From the IMG/VR virus record IMGVR_UViG_3300038425_000145, positions 1 to 37,901 of that record: a DNA stretch of 37,901 bases. One strand, 5' to 3'. Under the pieces are notes generated by a model that worked only from the letters and a program-made list of their open reading frames with translations, was not told where the DNA came from and ran no database searches. How positions within the stretch are numbered: the stretch's first letter is position 1; each line of letters opens with the position of its first letter. This DNA comes from a virus (Duplodnaviria > Caudoviricetes). Shown here piece after piece: positions 9,069-18,116 of the stretch. A program made the translations under genes and the position numbers.

Positions 9069-9246
9069 ATCCACACTCGAAGCCACGCGTCTCCTTCATA
9101 AGGTCAACGTTCCTACCTTCGTCATCGAAAACATTCAAAGCAAAACTCTTGAAGTTGACGAGCACTTGAACGTCAAGTTCGACTGGCTTGGACAAGAAAC
9201 CGAGTGGAATATACCAGCGGAGTGTGTGGAGATTGTGGAAAAATGA
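9052..9246 (+). CDS. Small hypothetical protein
   Basis: 64-aa ORF overlapping the previous gene. Confidence 0.6.
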   Translation: MLVKIKSTLEATRLLHKVNVPTFVIENIQSKTLEVDEHLNVKFDWLGQETEWNIPAECVEIVEK

Positions 9247-9251
9247 TTTAT

Positions 9252-9489
9252 GAGCGCGTGGCGGAATGTAAAGACGCAACTGTGGCAAGTGGAACGATAA
9301 TGAAAGCTCAACCTAAATCCAGTAATGGACGAATGTCTGACGCGGTTGGGGTAGGAGCGAGAGGACTCCTTAATACTACTCATGTCGTTTGCCAAAAGGC
9401 TGGTCAACGTCCGGTAGGATGCTTACTAGTGACATCGCCGTCCCAGTCCATACTGTTCCATGCAGGTTCAAATCCTGCCGCGCTCACCA
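9252..9489 (+). ncRNA. tRNA-like RNA with a ~160-nt structured insert replacing the anticodon loop
   Basis: Perfect 7-bp acceptor stem GAGCGCG/CGCGCTC plus ACCA; Leu-type D-arm TGGCGGAATGTAAAGACGC; T-arm GCAGG-TTCAAAT-CCTGC; no normal anticodon loop. Confidence 0.8.
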
Positions 9490-9490
9490 A

Positions 9491-9510
9491 TTTGGCACCA
9501 AAGTGCCAAA
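9491..9510 (+). other. Hairpin directly 3' of the CCA end
   Basis: TTTGGCAC-CAAA-GTGCCAAA, perfect 8-bp stem. Confidence 0.5.
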
Positions 9511-9566
9511 CAGTTCGAGTCACTGATTAACAACGACTCACTTACGTAAGAGAAAGACAAAACAAC

Positions 9567-10325
9567 ATGAAATTAGAACGAGCAAATACGCGGGTAGGCG
9601 TTACCTTCCCAATAGCGAACCTTGAAGACTCCGATGTTCTTCTTGCGATTCAAGAACCAGCAAAACTCACGCGCATCACGGATGTGCTGAACATGTATCT
9701 CGGCAACAAGACGGTCTCCGTTGAAGCGTCAAGTGACCTCGCGGACAAAATCGAATCTGCTGGTTTCAAGCGCGAAACCGAAACCACGATAAAAGATGGT
9801 GAGTCCGTCGAATTGCCGACCGAACGCCACTCAACACTCGGCAAGTTCATCCAGTCAGCTCTCGACGCTCTTGTTGCCGGCACATGGCGTCCCGAAGGGT
9901 TTACGCTGCCTTCTGGCGACGACAAGCAGAAGGAAAAAGGTGCGTTGGCGTTTCTGCAAACCTACGCCGATGCTTGTGGCAACTCATCGCTCGATGGTAA
10001 GGGGTGCTACCTGCCGACACTGGAAAAGACCACACGCACCGGCTCTGGCGGCCTTATTCCGAAGTGGGCAATGGACGGTGCTCGTCAAATCATCGCCAAC
10101 GGCTCACAGGCGAAATGGGCAGAGAAGTTCACGAATGGATATACCAGTGGCTCTGGTGTCGCAATCGACCCCATTGCATTCGAGGACTTCCAAGTTGTGC
10201 CGGATGCAAATGCTTCGGCCACGAATAAGCAAGCAGTGTTGGACACCAACGTGAAGCGTCTCGCCAAGTGCCTCGTCGAACAGCGTTCGCAGGAAAATGC
10301 GAAACGCGCACAGGAGTTTGCGTAA
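9567..10325 (+). CDS. Hypothetical protein (252 aa) ending AQEFA
   Basis: Long ORF with an A-rich leader; no family recognised. Confidence 0.85.
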   Translation: MKLERANTRVGVTFPIANLEDSDVLLAIQEPAKLTRITDVLNMYLGNKTVSVEASSDLADKIESAGFKRETETTIKDGESVELPTERHSTLGKFIQSALDALVAGTWRPEGFTLPSGDDKQKEKGALAFLQTYADACGNSSLDGKGCYLPTLEKTTRTGSGGLIPKWAMDGARQIIANGSQAKWAEKFTNGYTSGSGVAIDPIAFEDFQVVPDANASATNKQAVLDTNVKRLAKCLVEQRSQENAKRAQEFA

Positions 10326-10560
10326 GGCGAAACAATCAGGTGGGTTGGGATTCCCACCAAGGTGCCACGACTACCTCCCAAATACGTGGCTTGACGGGGA
10401 GTAAAATGTTAGTAGTGAGAAAGAAACTGCTAGGCTCACGGGCCTTGTCATGACTTATCCACGAAACCAAATGAAACCCGTGACTTTTAATAAGCGACTG
10501 GCATCGTTTGTTCCTTCAACACGTGGGCATCGAAAGGTGCCCACCTTTGAGTGAACTACT

Positions 10561-10800
10561 ATGCAAATACCAATTAAGTCAACTTGGAAAGACCCGATTG
10601 GAACAAAATTAACCAATAAACGTATCTCTAATAGAATACGTGAAGGATGGTATGGACGCATAGCACAACTTCGCTTGCTTGCTCGTGGAGCAGACAAAGC
10701 CAAGCGTCGTGCAGCAAAGGAAGAACTAAAGCGGTTTGACGGTATCATGGTTAAGACAAAGAAACTTGCCCGTCCTGTTGATATAATGGAATTTGTATAA
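10561..10800 (+). CDS. Basic hypothetical protein ending VDIMEFV
   Basis: 79 aa, K/R-rich. Confidence 0.7.
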   Translation: MQIPIKSTWKDPIGTKLTNKRISNRIREGWYGRIAQLRLLARGADKAKRRAAKEELKRFDGIMVKTKKLARPVDIMEFV

Positions 10801-10994
10801 GCGATTTCCTTCCTCCGTCTTGTCCAGAAACCGGACAGCACATCTTCGGCATTGCCACAACAAAGAATAACGGAGACCGCCCTGTGCGAGTCGAGTTCTT
10901 TGATGAAGCCATTGGTTTCTTTCACTGTGTTGATGTTGAGACTGGCGAGAAACTAGTTGTCTTTCGCCAACAAATCAAGCTTTTACCAAAATGA
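10797..10994 (+). CDS. Probable small gene with an ATA start, or start-lost pseudogene
   Basis: Open frame (I)SDFLPPSCPETGQHIFG...QQIKLLPK* fills the gap exactly; ATAA overlap upstream and ATGA overlap downstream. Confidence 0.45.
   Translation: MSDFLPPSCPETGQHIFGIATTKNNGDRPVRVEFFDEAIGFFHCVDVETGEKLVVFRQQIKLLPK
10821..10837. promoter_or_regulatory. Dispersed palindrome copy 3
   Basis: TGTCCAGAAACCGGACA. Confidence 0.55.
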
Positions 10995-11194
10995 ACAGTG
11001 AACCGCGCCAACGGCGATTGGCTCCGGCGGGCTTGTTCGGCGTCACGCAACCGAAACAGCCTCACGGCTGTCCAGTGTGCGGTGGAAAAGGAAAAGTGCC
11101 GCGCAACTTTTATGGCGACCAAACATGGTCAACCGCTGTAATGCCTGAACCAACCTGTAAAAGCTGCGGCGGCAGCGGTGTAATAATCTGCTGA
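10991..11194 (+). CDS. DnaJ-type CxxCxGxG zinc-finger protein
   Basis: CPVCGGKG and CKSCGGSG. Confidence 0.75.
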   Translation: MNSEPRQRRLAPAGLFGVTQPKQPHGCPVCGGKGKVPRNFYGDQTWSTAVMPEPTCKSCGGSGVIIC

Positions 11195-11357
11195 CGCCGA
11201 ACGAAAAAAGCAGAACCACCGCCGACTCATGGCATGAACCGCAAAGCGAATATGAACGGAAACAACTTCTTTCGCCGCGAGTCTGAATACGAGCGTGTCC
11301 AACACGAAACCAATTATCAATTTGAGAAAGAACACAACAAACTAACCATTACACCCT

Positions 11358-11708
11358 ATGACCGAATTCAAAAACCCGTGGCTCGGAGACCCGAATCACA
11401 GTCGCTCGACACTAATCGTCCCTACAAGAGTCATAAGTGAAATCAAACGCATCGAGCCGAAAGACGGCGCCGTTCAAACCACTGTTAGCATCCTAACCGA
11501 CAAATTCCTTTATGAACTTACCAAACTCAACCTCCTTACCGCCGACCGAGCAAGTTATCACGCCGCCGTGCTCAACGCCAGAATCGTCTTGTGCGACAGC
11601 ACCGGCAAACCCTTCGGAGAGCCTACGCGACCTATTGAAAGCGGAAGCACCGTTACTAAGCCTCCCATCGGGCGCAAGTCTACTCGCACCCGAAAAACCA
11701 CTCGTTGA
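11358..11708 (+). CDS. Hypothetical protein
   Basis: 116-aa ORF. Confidence 0.6.
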   Translation: MTEFKNPWLGDPNHSRSTLIVPTRVISEIKRIEPKDGAVQTTVSILTDKFLYELTKLNLLTADRASYHAAVLNARIVLCDSTGKPFGEPTRPIESGSTVTKPPIGRKSTRTRKTTR

Positions 11709-11862
11709 AATGACGCCAGAAGAATTGTCTAACTGGCACGCACGCTTGCGAGACAACCGAAACCACATGACCATGATGGCGCACATCGCGGCAGTAGGCG
11801 TCAGCACGGTTAAAAAAGAAACCAAAGCCGCGAAGAAAGTTGATATAAGTGAGTTTGTATGA
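11512..11862 (+). CDS. Hypothetical protein ending VDISEFV
   Basis: Start could be 11512 or 11710 (MTPEEL); ATGA-coupled to the next gene. Confidence 0.6.
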   Translation: MNLPNSTSLPPTEQVITPPCSTPESSCATAPANPSESLRDLLKAEAPLLSLPSGASLLAPEKPLVEMTPEELSNWHARLRDNRNHMTMMAHIAAVGVSTVKKETKAAKKVDISEFV

Positions 11863-12131
11863 AAAAACGTTATCAAAAAGTAATCGAAGAAACAGATTGT
11901 AGTTCTCTAACCAAAGCCCCTTGGGATGTAAAATCACGAGAATTAGCTTGGCGTCGTGGTTTTAATGCTGGTCGTGAACAGGGATGCCTAGTAACAGAAC
12001 AAAAGTATAAATCAAAACTTGAATCAAGGCAAGCACAGGCAGAATTTACGCGTGTCGAAATGCTCAAGTTTATTGTAACAATTACCGACGCGGCTTCTTA
12101 TGCTTTACTTTCTTACGATAAGAATTTATGA
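11859..12131 (+). CDS. Hypothetical protein
   Basis: ATGA overlaps at both ends. Confidence 0.7.
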   Translation: MKKRYQKVIEETDCSSLTKAPWDVKSRELAWRRGFNAGREQGCLVTEQKYKSKLESRQAQAEFTRVEMLKFIVTITDAASYALLSYDKNL

Positions 12132-13105
12132 CTCTAACACTCCTCCCCCTCACTGACGGAGCCTTTCTCATCGATAACTCCGGCCTTGAAAAACTTCGTT
12201 GTCCACGCGCCTTTCAATACTCCGAGCTTAATCGCCGTTCCGCTATTGCCGAACGTGCCGGAGCAAACTTCGGCTCCACGATACATCGTGGCTTGGAGAC
12301 ACGCTACAACAATGTCGGCACGAACGAGGTCGACGACTTGACCAAAGTTAAAATCGAAGCTGACATGCTTGCGTGGCTTTCCGAGAACCCGCAGCCAGAG
12401 AATGACTTCCGCAATTACAACCACGCTTGCAAGATGATGGCGGTGTATAATAACATTTACAAGAAAGAGGAGTTTGAGATACTGAAAAACCAAGCGGGCA
12501 AACCGATTATTGAGGCAACTTTTGCGTTACCGTTTGGAGAAATTCCAGCAACTGAAAGTTTATACGTTAATCAAGGAACCGACGATTTAGTTCCCATCAT
12601 CTACTGTGGCAAAATCGACCTCGGTATCAAAGACCACAACGGTATCTGGTCCTTCGACCACAAAACCTCCTTCCAATTCGGCGACACCTTCGACAAACAA
12701 ATGGCGATGGATGGAGGACAACTCGGCTATTGTTGGGCCTTATCACAAGTCACAGGTAAGAAACCTCAAGGCTACATCATTGACGCTATCCGCGTTCGGC
12801 GACCGTCGAAAAAAGACGAGTTCTCCGAGAAAAGCTGTATCGACGGGACGGACTTCAAGCGCACACCGTATTATGTCAGCCAAGACATGCTCGACGAATG
12901 GAAAGCCGATGTGCTGGCTCTAATCCAAAACATCTTTGCGTATCATGCTGCTGGACACTTCCCTCGGCATCGCTGGAATTGCACGAATAAATATGGAATG
13001 TGTGATTATTATGATGTGTGTTCGTGTCCGCGAGAACAGCGTGATATGATTTTGAATGGAAGTTTGTTTGAAGAAAATACGTGGACGAAAGGACTGAAAA
13101 TATGA
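12128..13105 (+). CDS. PD-(D/E)XK exonuclease (RecB/Cas4-like)
   Basis: CPR, FGSTIH, IE, GKID, DHKT, QLGY and C-terminal Cys cluster. Confidence 0.88.
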   Translation: MTLTLLPLTDGAFLIDNSGLEKLRCPRAFQYSELNRRSAIAERAGANFGSTIHRGLETRYNNVGTNEVDDLTKVKIEADMLAWLSENPQPENDFRNYNHACKMMAVYNNIYKKEEFEILKNQAGKPIIEATFALPFGEIPATESLYVNQGTDDLVPIIYCGKIDLGIKDHNGIWSFDHKTSFQFGDTFDKQMAMDGGQLGYCWALSQVTGKKPQGYIIDAIRVRRPSKKDEFSEKSCIDGTDFKRTPYYVSQDMLDEWKADVLALIQNIFAYHAAGHFPRHRWNCTNKYGMCDYYDVCSCPREQRDMILNGSLFEENTWTKGLKI

Positions 13106-13275
13106 CATTAAAAAATAAAACTGAAATAACAATTCCACTAAAGGAATTTTATACTGTAATAGCAGAAAAAGTTAGTCAAGAGTTGGGTAAACCAGTTGAA
13201 GTAACTAACCATACCACTTCTTATTACAAAGATGAAATAACATTTGAAGTTACAGAAAAAGAAAACAAGCCATGA
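13102..13275 (+). CDS. Small hypothetical protein
   Basis: ATGA-coupled ORF MTLKNKTEI.... Confidence 0.6.
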   Translation: MTLKNKTEITIPLKEFYTVIAEKVSQELGKPVEVTNHTTSYYKDEITFEVTEKENKP

Positions 13276-14054
13276 AACTTATTCGTGAACTCCGAATGGG
13301 CCAATCTAAGTCCTTCAAGACTGGGGCAGTCGTTGGTAGTTATCCCAAGCCCCTTCTTTACTTCGGCTTCGACCACGGTGGCGTCGACATTATCCCCAAC
13401 GTCAAAACCGACGGCTTCGACATCATCTACGCCGACCTCGACTTTCGCAAGCCGGGCAGCTTTGTGTGCGATGCGCCGACAAAGAGAGTCACGGTGCTCG
13501 ACTATGCTAGGGTTTGCCCCGTCACTCTTGCTCTCGACTACTTACCGACAAAGTCCCAAGAAGGTATGCAGGCTTTCTACCGCGACTACAACCAGCTTGC
13601 TGGTAAAGCGGAACTGCCTTACAAGACCATTGTTTTCGATAGTGTCACTGGCTACACCGACATAATCCTCGCGCACCTTTCTTCCTTCAACCCCAACGCC
13701 ATGTGTGATGCTCGTCAGTGGGCGTATCAGGCAGGGAACAAGGTGCGTCAGCTTATCCTCTCGTCGACTTGTCTCCCTGCTCATATCGTTTTCATCATGC
13801 ACTCGGCAATCGAAAAGGACGAGCTGACCCAGCAGATACGCGAGCTTCCCTCGGTTTACTCCGGCCTTCGTAACGACATTGGGGGATTGTTCTCACAAGT
13901 GTTTTATTCAGCCAAGAACGCACAAGGAAAACCAGTGATATGGACAAATGATAAAATGTTTGTTAAGGGTATTGGCCCCCGCTGGCCGTCGGGACTGGCA
14001 CAAGAAGTTAGTCCCGACTTTCAATCAATCTACGGAAAGGAATTAACACAATGA
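13272..14054 (+). CDS. AAA_24/Sak4-like recombination ATPase
   Basis: GQSKSFKT Walker A-like, TIVFDSVT Walker B, IMH motif; lies between the exonuclease and SSB-like genes. Confidence 0.8.
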   Translation: MKLIRELRMGQSKSFKTGAVVGSYPKPLLYFGFDHGGVDIIPNVKTDGFDIIYADLDFRKPGSFVCDAPTKRVTVLDYARVCPVTLALDYLPTKSQEGMQAFYRDYNQLAGKAELPYKTIVFDSVTGYTDIILAHLSSFNPNAMCDARQWAYQAGNKVRQLILSSTCLPAHIVFIMHSAIEKDELTQQIRELPSVYSGLRNDIGGLFSQVFYSAKNAQGKPVIWTNDKMFVKGIGPRWPSGLAQEVSPDFQSIYGKELTQ

Positions 14055-14233
14055 AAAAGAAACCAACCGATAAACAAAGACTAGACTTTATTTCTGGTGC
14101 AGTTGAAGACCGAGAAAAAGTGATAAGTAGAATACATTGCTACGAAGCAAACAGTGGTCGTGGTTATTTTGAGTTAGCATTAAACGTGCGTGCTGCTATT
14201 GACGATATAATGAAAGAAAAGGGTTTAATATGA
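14051..14233 (+). CDS. Small phage protein
   Basis: TDKQRLDF...RAAID motif. Confidence 0.7.
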   Translation: MKKKPTDKQRLDFISGAVEDREKVISRIHCYEANSGRGYFELALNVRAAIDDIMKEKGLI

Positions 14234-14583
14234 AACCCGAAATCTCCACCGAGGACAAGTGGCGCAACAAAAACGCCATTCAGCAAATAACCGCCGAAGC
14301 CGCGAACGAGATAGCCCAAAAGGTCGCTACCAAGCAAGCCCAACGTTCGCAGGAAGAAATCGTCACCGACAAAGCCGAGAAAATTATATCGGATGTGTGT
14401 CAGACCTTTCTCCGTATGCGGGATATTAAGGTCACGCCAACGTCTTTTAGCGCAGCCGTGAAGATGATTTACGACTTGAACAAAGCCGAGTTCAACAAGT
14501 GGTCAAAGGAAGAACTCGTGATTCTTGCGGCGTTTCAGAACGCGATAATATCCACGGAACAATTAAGAGCGGAGCTTATATGA
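14230..14583 (+). CDS. Hypothetical protein
   Basis: 117 aa, ATGA-coupled. Confidence 0.7.
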   Translation: MKPEISTEDKWRNKNAIQQITAEAANEIAQKVATKQAQRSQEEIVTDKAEKIISDVCQTFLRMRDIKVTPTSFSAAVKMIYDLNKAEFNKWSKEELVILAAFQNAIISTEQLRAELI

Positions 14584-14660
14584 AACTCCTCGCTATTTTG
14601 CTACTAATCAGCCTGATATTAGTAGCATTGTCTGAAACTATCGGGCAAAACAAAAAGTAA
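14580..14660 (+). CDS. Small hydrophobic peptide
   Basis: MKLLAILLLISLILVALSETIGQNKK; ATGA overlap. Confidence 0.4.
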   Translation: MKLLAILLLISLILVALSETIGQNKK

Positions 14661-14685
14661 GAAAACAAAGAAAGCATAGAAAACT

Positions 14686-15147
14686 ATGAACGACACATCA
14701 AACATCGCACCGCCTCTTGACCTCGACTTGAATAGCGTGGACACGTCCATGCCATTACTGGCCAAAGGCATCTACGACCTCCAAATCACAAAGGTCGAGA
14801 AGAAGAAAACAAGCAAAGGTGGCGACATGATTGCGTTGGAGCTGTCCACAACGGCCCCGTCGAAATCGGTCAAAGACGAAGACCTGGGAATCGGTATCAA
14901 GGTGTTTTACAACCTGAACCTCTCGGTCTCCGGCAAGGCCACATGGGACATTATCAAGCGTAATGTCGCAGCCGTCGTGCAAGCTGCAAGGGTGCAGACT
15001 AACTGGGGCGACTTTCAAGCGAATCCCGCGATTTTGCAGGGTTCGATTGTTCGTTGCTCGGTCGACGTGGCACCTGCTGGCGTCGACAAAAACGGCAAGG
15101 CATATCGTGAGAAAAACGAGATTCTTGTGTTCATGAAACCGAGTTAA
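14686..15147 (+). CDS. DUF669-like single-stranded DNA-binding protein
   Basis: PLLAKGIYDLQITKVE, SKGGDMI and KNEI motifs; Sak4 context. Confidence 0.75.
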   Translation: MNDTSNIAPPLDLDLNSVDTSMPLLAKGIYDLQITKVEKKKTSKGGDMIALELSTTAPSKSVKDEDLGIGIKVFYNLNLSVSGKATWDIIKRNVAAVVQAARVQTNWGDFQANPAILQGSIVRCSVDVAPAGVDKNGKAYREKNEILVFMKPS

Positions 15148-15151
15148 AGTT

Positions 15152-15355
15152 ATGCTCGCACTAGGCCAAATAAATCAACCAGATTGCTGTGAAAAAGTAG
15201 CTGGCTCTGATGAAACGGTTCGTGGTAACTTAACACGCACGAAAGAACGGCTCGAAAAACAGTTGGCAAAAGTAAATGCTGGCTTGGAGGTTCTGGATAA
15301 ACAACCAGAGTTTTCAAAAAGTATCGAGACTTTGTTGACTGCAATGCGGGCCTAA
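15152..15355 (+). CDS. Small coiled-coil protein
   Basis: 67-aa ORF. Confidence 0.65.
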   Translation: MLALGQINQPDCCEKVAGSDETVRGNLTRTKERLEKQLAKVNAGLEVLDKQPEFSKSIETLLTAMRA

Positions 15356-15412
15356 ACAAGGCAGGTGGAACCCGCTGGCAGACCGGGTGTTGTGGAGTCT
15401 GCCAATTACTTT

Positions 15413-16564
15413 ATGGAACAAGTCGAAGAAAAACCAATTATCACAAAGCCGCCGGATGTTGTCCTTACCGAGGAGCAACAAATCGCTATTGACAATATCG
15501 CAAAGTGGCTCGAAGACCCTTGTAAGCAGGAGTATAAACTTGGTGGCTATGCTGGCACAGGGAAGACCACCGTTATTAAAAGCGTTATTAAGAAACTCGA
15601 CGAAATCGACATAGCCGTGTCCGCTCTTACAGGTAAGGCGGTCAATGTTCTCCAGCGAAAGAGTGTCCACGCACAAACCTTGCACAGCCTTATTTATGAC
15701 TGTGAAATGCAAAACAAGAAACTTGTCTTTGTAAAGAAGCGCAAGCCTGACGTCAAGCGAGACTTAATCATCGTCGACGAAGCATCCATGATTTCGACAG
15801 AGCTTTACAACGACCTTAAATCTTTCGGGATAAAACTTCTTTTTGTGGGTGACCCTGGTCAGCTTGAACCTGTGGGAGACAACCCTAATCTTATGTTGTT
15901 TCCTGACTATATTTTGTCCAAGATTCACCGACAAGCCGAAAAGAGTCCTATTATTTACTGGGCTAATGAGATTCGACAAGGTCGAGGAATGAACTACGTT
16001 GGCGACGGAACAGACCTTGTCATTCGAGACAAGAATATCAAGACAAGTGACTTCTTTGCGGTTGACCAGTTAATTTGTGCGAAGAACAAAACTCGTGAGC
16101 ATATGAACAGTATGGTTCGTCGAGCAAAATATCTTGAGCCGAACACGCTCGTCCAAAACGAGAAAATCATTGTTCTTCGTAACAACATTCAAGAAGGCGT
16201 TTTCAACGGCATGATTTTGTTCGTCGATAAGATAATCAAAGAGGACGTCGTTGGCAAATACACCAAACATAAAGTTTGGATATGCGACTGCGTGGATGAG
16301 ATTGGAACGCCTTATGAAATCCCCATTTGGCAGGTTCCATTCTTAACGCCAGAGAAACTAGGCACAGGAAAAGATGTTTTTGTTCCGCGTGAAGTCGTTT
16401 ATTGCACTTATGGCTATGTAATAACTTGCCATAAAAGTCAGGGTTCTGAGTGGGACAAGCTAATCGTCTTTGACGAATGGATGCCACCACAGGTGTGGGA
16501 CATGAAACGTTGGCGATACACGGCCATCACTCGTGCAGCAAAGCAGTTAACTTATTGTATGTAA
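15413..16564 (+). CDS. SF1B helicase (RecD/Dda-like)
   Basis: GYAGTGKT, TGKA, IIVDEASM, VGDPGQL, IHRQA, TCHKSQGSEW, YTAITRA. Confidence 0.93.
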   Translation: MEQVEEKPIITKPPDVVLTEEQQIAIDNIAKWLEDPCKQEYKLGGYAGTGKTTVIKSVIKKLDEIDIAVSALTGKAVNVLQRKSVHAQTLHSLIYDCEMQNKKLVFVKKRKPDVKRDLIIVDEASMISTELYNDLKSFGIKLLFVGDPGQLEPVGDNPNLMLFPDYILSKIHRQAEKSPIIYWANEIRQGRGMNYVGDGTDLVIRDKNIKTSDFFAVDQLICAKNKTREHMNSMVRRAKYLEPNTLVQNEKIIVLRNNIQEGVFNGMILFVDKIIKEDVVGKYTKHKVWICDCVDEIGTPYEIPIWQVPFLTPEKLGTGKDVFVPREVVYCTYGYVITCHKSQGSEWDKLIVFDEWMPPQVWDMKRWRYTAITRAAKQLTYCM

Positions 16565-17898
16565 TGAAACTCAAACTCGACCAAATCAAAATTGGCCCAC
16601 GACAACGCATCGACCTCGGAGACATCTCCGAACTAGCCGACTCGATGTTCCGCCTTGGCCAAATCCACAACATTGGTGTCAATGAAAACAACCAACTTAT
16701 TTTTGGTCGTCGCCGCCTCGCTGCTGCACAACAACTTGGATGGACAGAAATTGAGGCGACGGTTAGAACGGGACTATCAATTGTGGACGAGCAAGAAATC
16801 GAACTCGAGGAGGATATTCGCCGCAAGTCGAGAACGTGGCAGGAAGAAGTCATCGCGGTGGCCAAGCTCTACGCGCTGAAAGCTCGCCAAGCACGCCTTA
16901 AAGGTGAAAAGTTCGGCGTGCGGGACTTCGCTAATGAATATCCCGGTATTGGAAAGTCGCTTGTGGCCGAATACATTTTCACAATGGCCGACGAGTTGCT
17001 CAAAATGCCTCGCGATGAGAAGCTGTGGGGTGCAGGGAACTATAATAACGCAATGCAAGTTCTTCGTGGACGAAGCGAGAACGAGACTTACGCGGAAATG
17101 CAGCGTCGTCAGCAGTTGTTGAAAGCGATGCCAGAGAAGTTTATTGAAGTCAAACCTTTAACGAGTGGCACAAGTATTGTCCAGAAACTGGACACAACGC
17201 CCAAGAAAATCGGCATGACGCATGTCTCGTTAAGGGAGCGTGCACAGCTTTACAACAAGGCCTTCGAGCATCTAGGTCCGCCAAATACGTCAATGTTTTA
17301 TGAATACAAAAATAACCGTGAATTCGTCGTGGGTGGATGGTTTGTTGGGGGTGGGAATATCTCCGACTTATATGGTTCCTACCAGACTGAGTATCTTAAA
17401 CGCATCGGGAGTCTCTTTCCAGACGCGGTCAAAGTCGTTCATTTATTTGTGGGCAGCCTTCCCCCGTCGCCGAACTATACTCGTGTAGGTTTGCCGCAAG
17501 GGGAATACAAACCCGATATTGAGTGCGACACTCACCACCTCTCGTCGAAGCTGCCGTTCAAAGCGGATGTTATCTATGCCGACCCGCCGTATTCGATAGA
17601 GGACTCCGAACACTACCAAAATAGCATGGTCAACCGCGAGCGCGTTGTAGCCGAGTGTGCCTTATGCCTTGAACCCGGTGGCTTTTTGGTTTGGTTGGAC
17701 CAAGCTTTACCGATATTTAGCAACAACGACCTTCAGCTTGTTGGCTTTATCAGTTACATCCGCTCAACGGGAAACCGCTTCCGCGTCGTTAGTCTATTCC
17801 GCAAACCAATTAAACCATGTCCTCCTACATCATCCAATCCCGCAAACAGCGACACCACCTTATCGAAGACTCCGGCATTGTCCGTTCCTGCACAATAG
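16564..17898 (+). CDS. ParB N-terminal domain + HTH + DNA amino-methyltransferase-like fusion
   Basis: GRRRLAA ParB motif, ELEEDIRRK, HTH-like VRDFANEYPGIGKSLVAEYI, then HLFVGS and YADPPY MTase motifs. ATG overlaps the helicase stop (TAATG). Confidence 0.85.
   Translation: MKLKLDQIKIGPRQRIDLGDISELADSMFRLGQIHNIGVNENNQLIFGRRRLAAAQQLGWTEIEATVRTGLSIVDEQEIELEEDIRRKSRTWQEEVIAVAKLYALKARQARLKGEKFGVRDFANEYPGIGKSLVAEYIFTMADELLKMPRDEKLWGAGNYNNAMQVLRGRSENETYAEMQRRQQLLKAMPEKFIEVKPLTSGTSIVQKLDTTPKKIGMTHVSLRERAQLYNKAFEHLGPPNTSMFYEYKNNREFVVGGWFVGGGNISDLYGSYQTEYLKRIGSLFPDAVKVVHLFVGSLPPSPNYTRVGLPQGEYKPDIECDTHHLSSKLPFKADVIYADPPYSIEDSEHYQNSMVNRERVVAECALCLEPGGFLVWLDQALPIFSNNDLQLVGFISYIRSTGNRFRVVSLFRKPIKPCPPTSSNPANSDTTLSKTPALSVPAQ
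17178..17194. promoter_or_regulatory. Dispersed palindrome copy 4 (inside the ParB-MTase linker)
   Basis: TGTCCAGAAACTGGACA preceded by AGTAT (ATACT on the minus strand). Confidence 0.6.
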
Positions 17899-18116
17899 AC
17901 TTGCTTGAGGGTCTCGCGTTCGATGTTGCTCGGTCTTTAATCGAACAGAAGGGGTGGACTCTTGTCCCGGAGATAGAGAATCCGGTCAATGTGTTCTCCT
18001 TCCGTGGTGACGAATACGAGCTTCACTGGAAGGACAACAAGATTGTCAGCATCATTAAGAACAACGAGGAAATTTCGTGGGCAGAGTTTCCGCAAGCGTT
18101 GAAAGGGCTTTTGTAA
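17817..18116 (+). CDS. Hypothetical protein
   Basis: 99 aa; stop overlaps the polymerase ATG. Confidence 0.7.
   Translation: MSSYIIQSRKQRHHLIEDSGIVRSCTIDLLEGLAFDVARSLIEQKGWTLVPEIENPVNVFSFRGDEYELHWKDNKIVSIIKNNEEISWAEFPQALKGLL

Noticed and set aside
9252-9489. Standard tRNA, tmRNA or group I intron-containing tRNA call
   Set aside because: No 7-nt anticodon loop and no Ala G3:U70 identity. A GGACT/AGTCC pairing exists, but there is no space for P9 or a 3' exon. Kept as an unclassified tRNA-like RNA.
9204-9530. 108-aa ORF
   Set aside because: Overlaps the tRNA-like RNA entirely and has no protein-like features.
11732-11749. Additional sigma54-like site CTGGCACGCACGCTTGC
   Set aside because: GG-to-GC spacing is 11 rather than 10, and the site is intragenic.
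12128-13105. CRISPR-associated cas4
   Set aside because: Its context with Sak4-like and SSB-like genes indicates a phage recombination exonuclease; no other cas genes are present.
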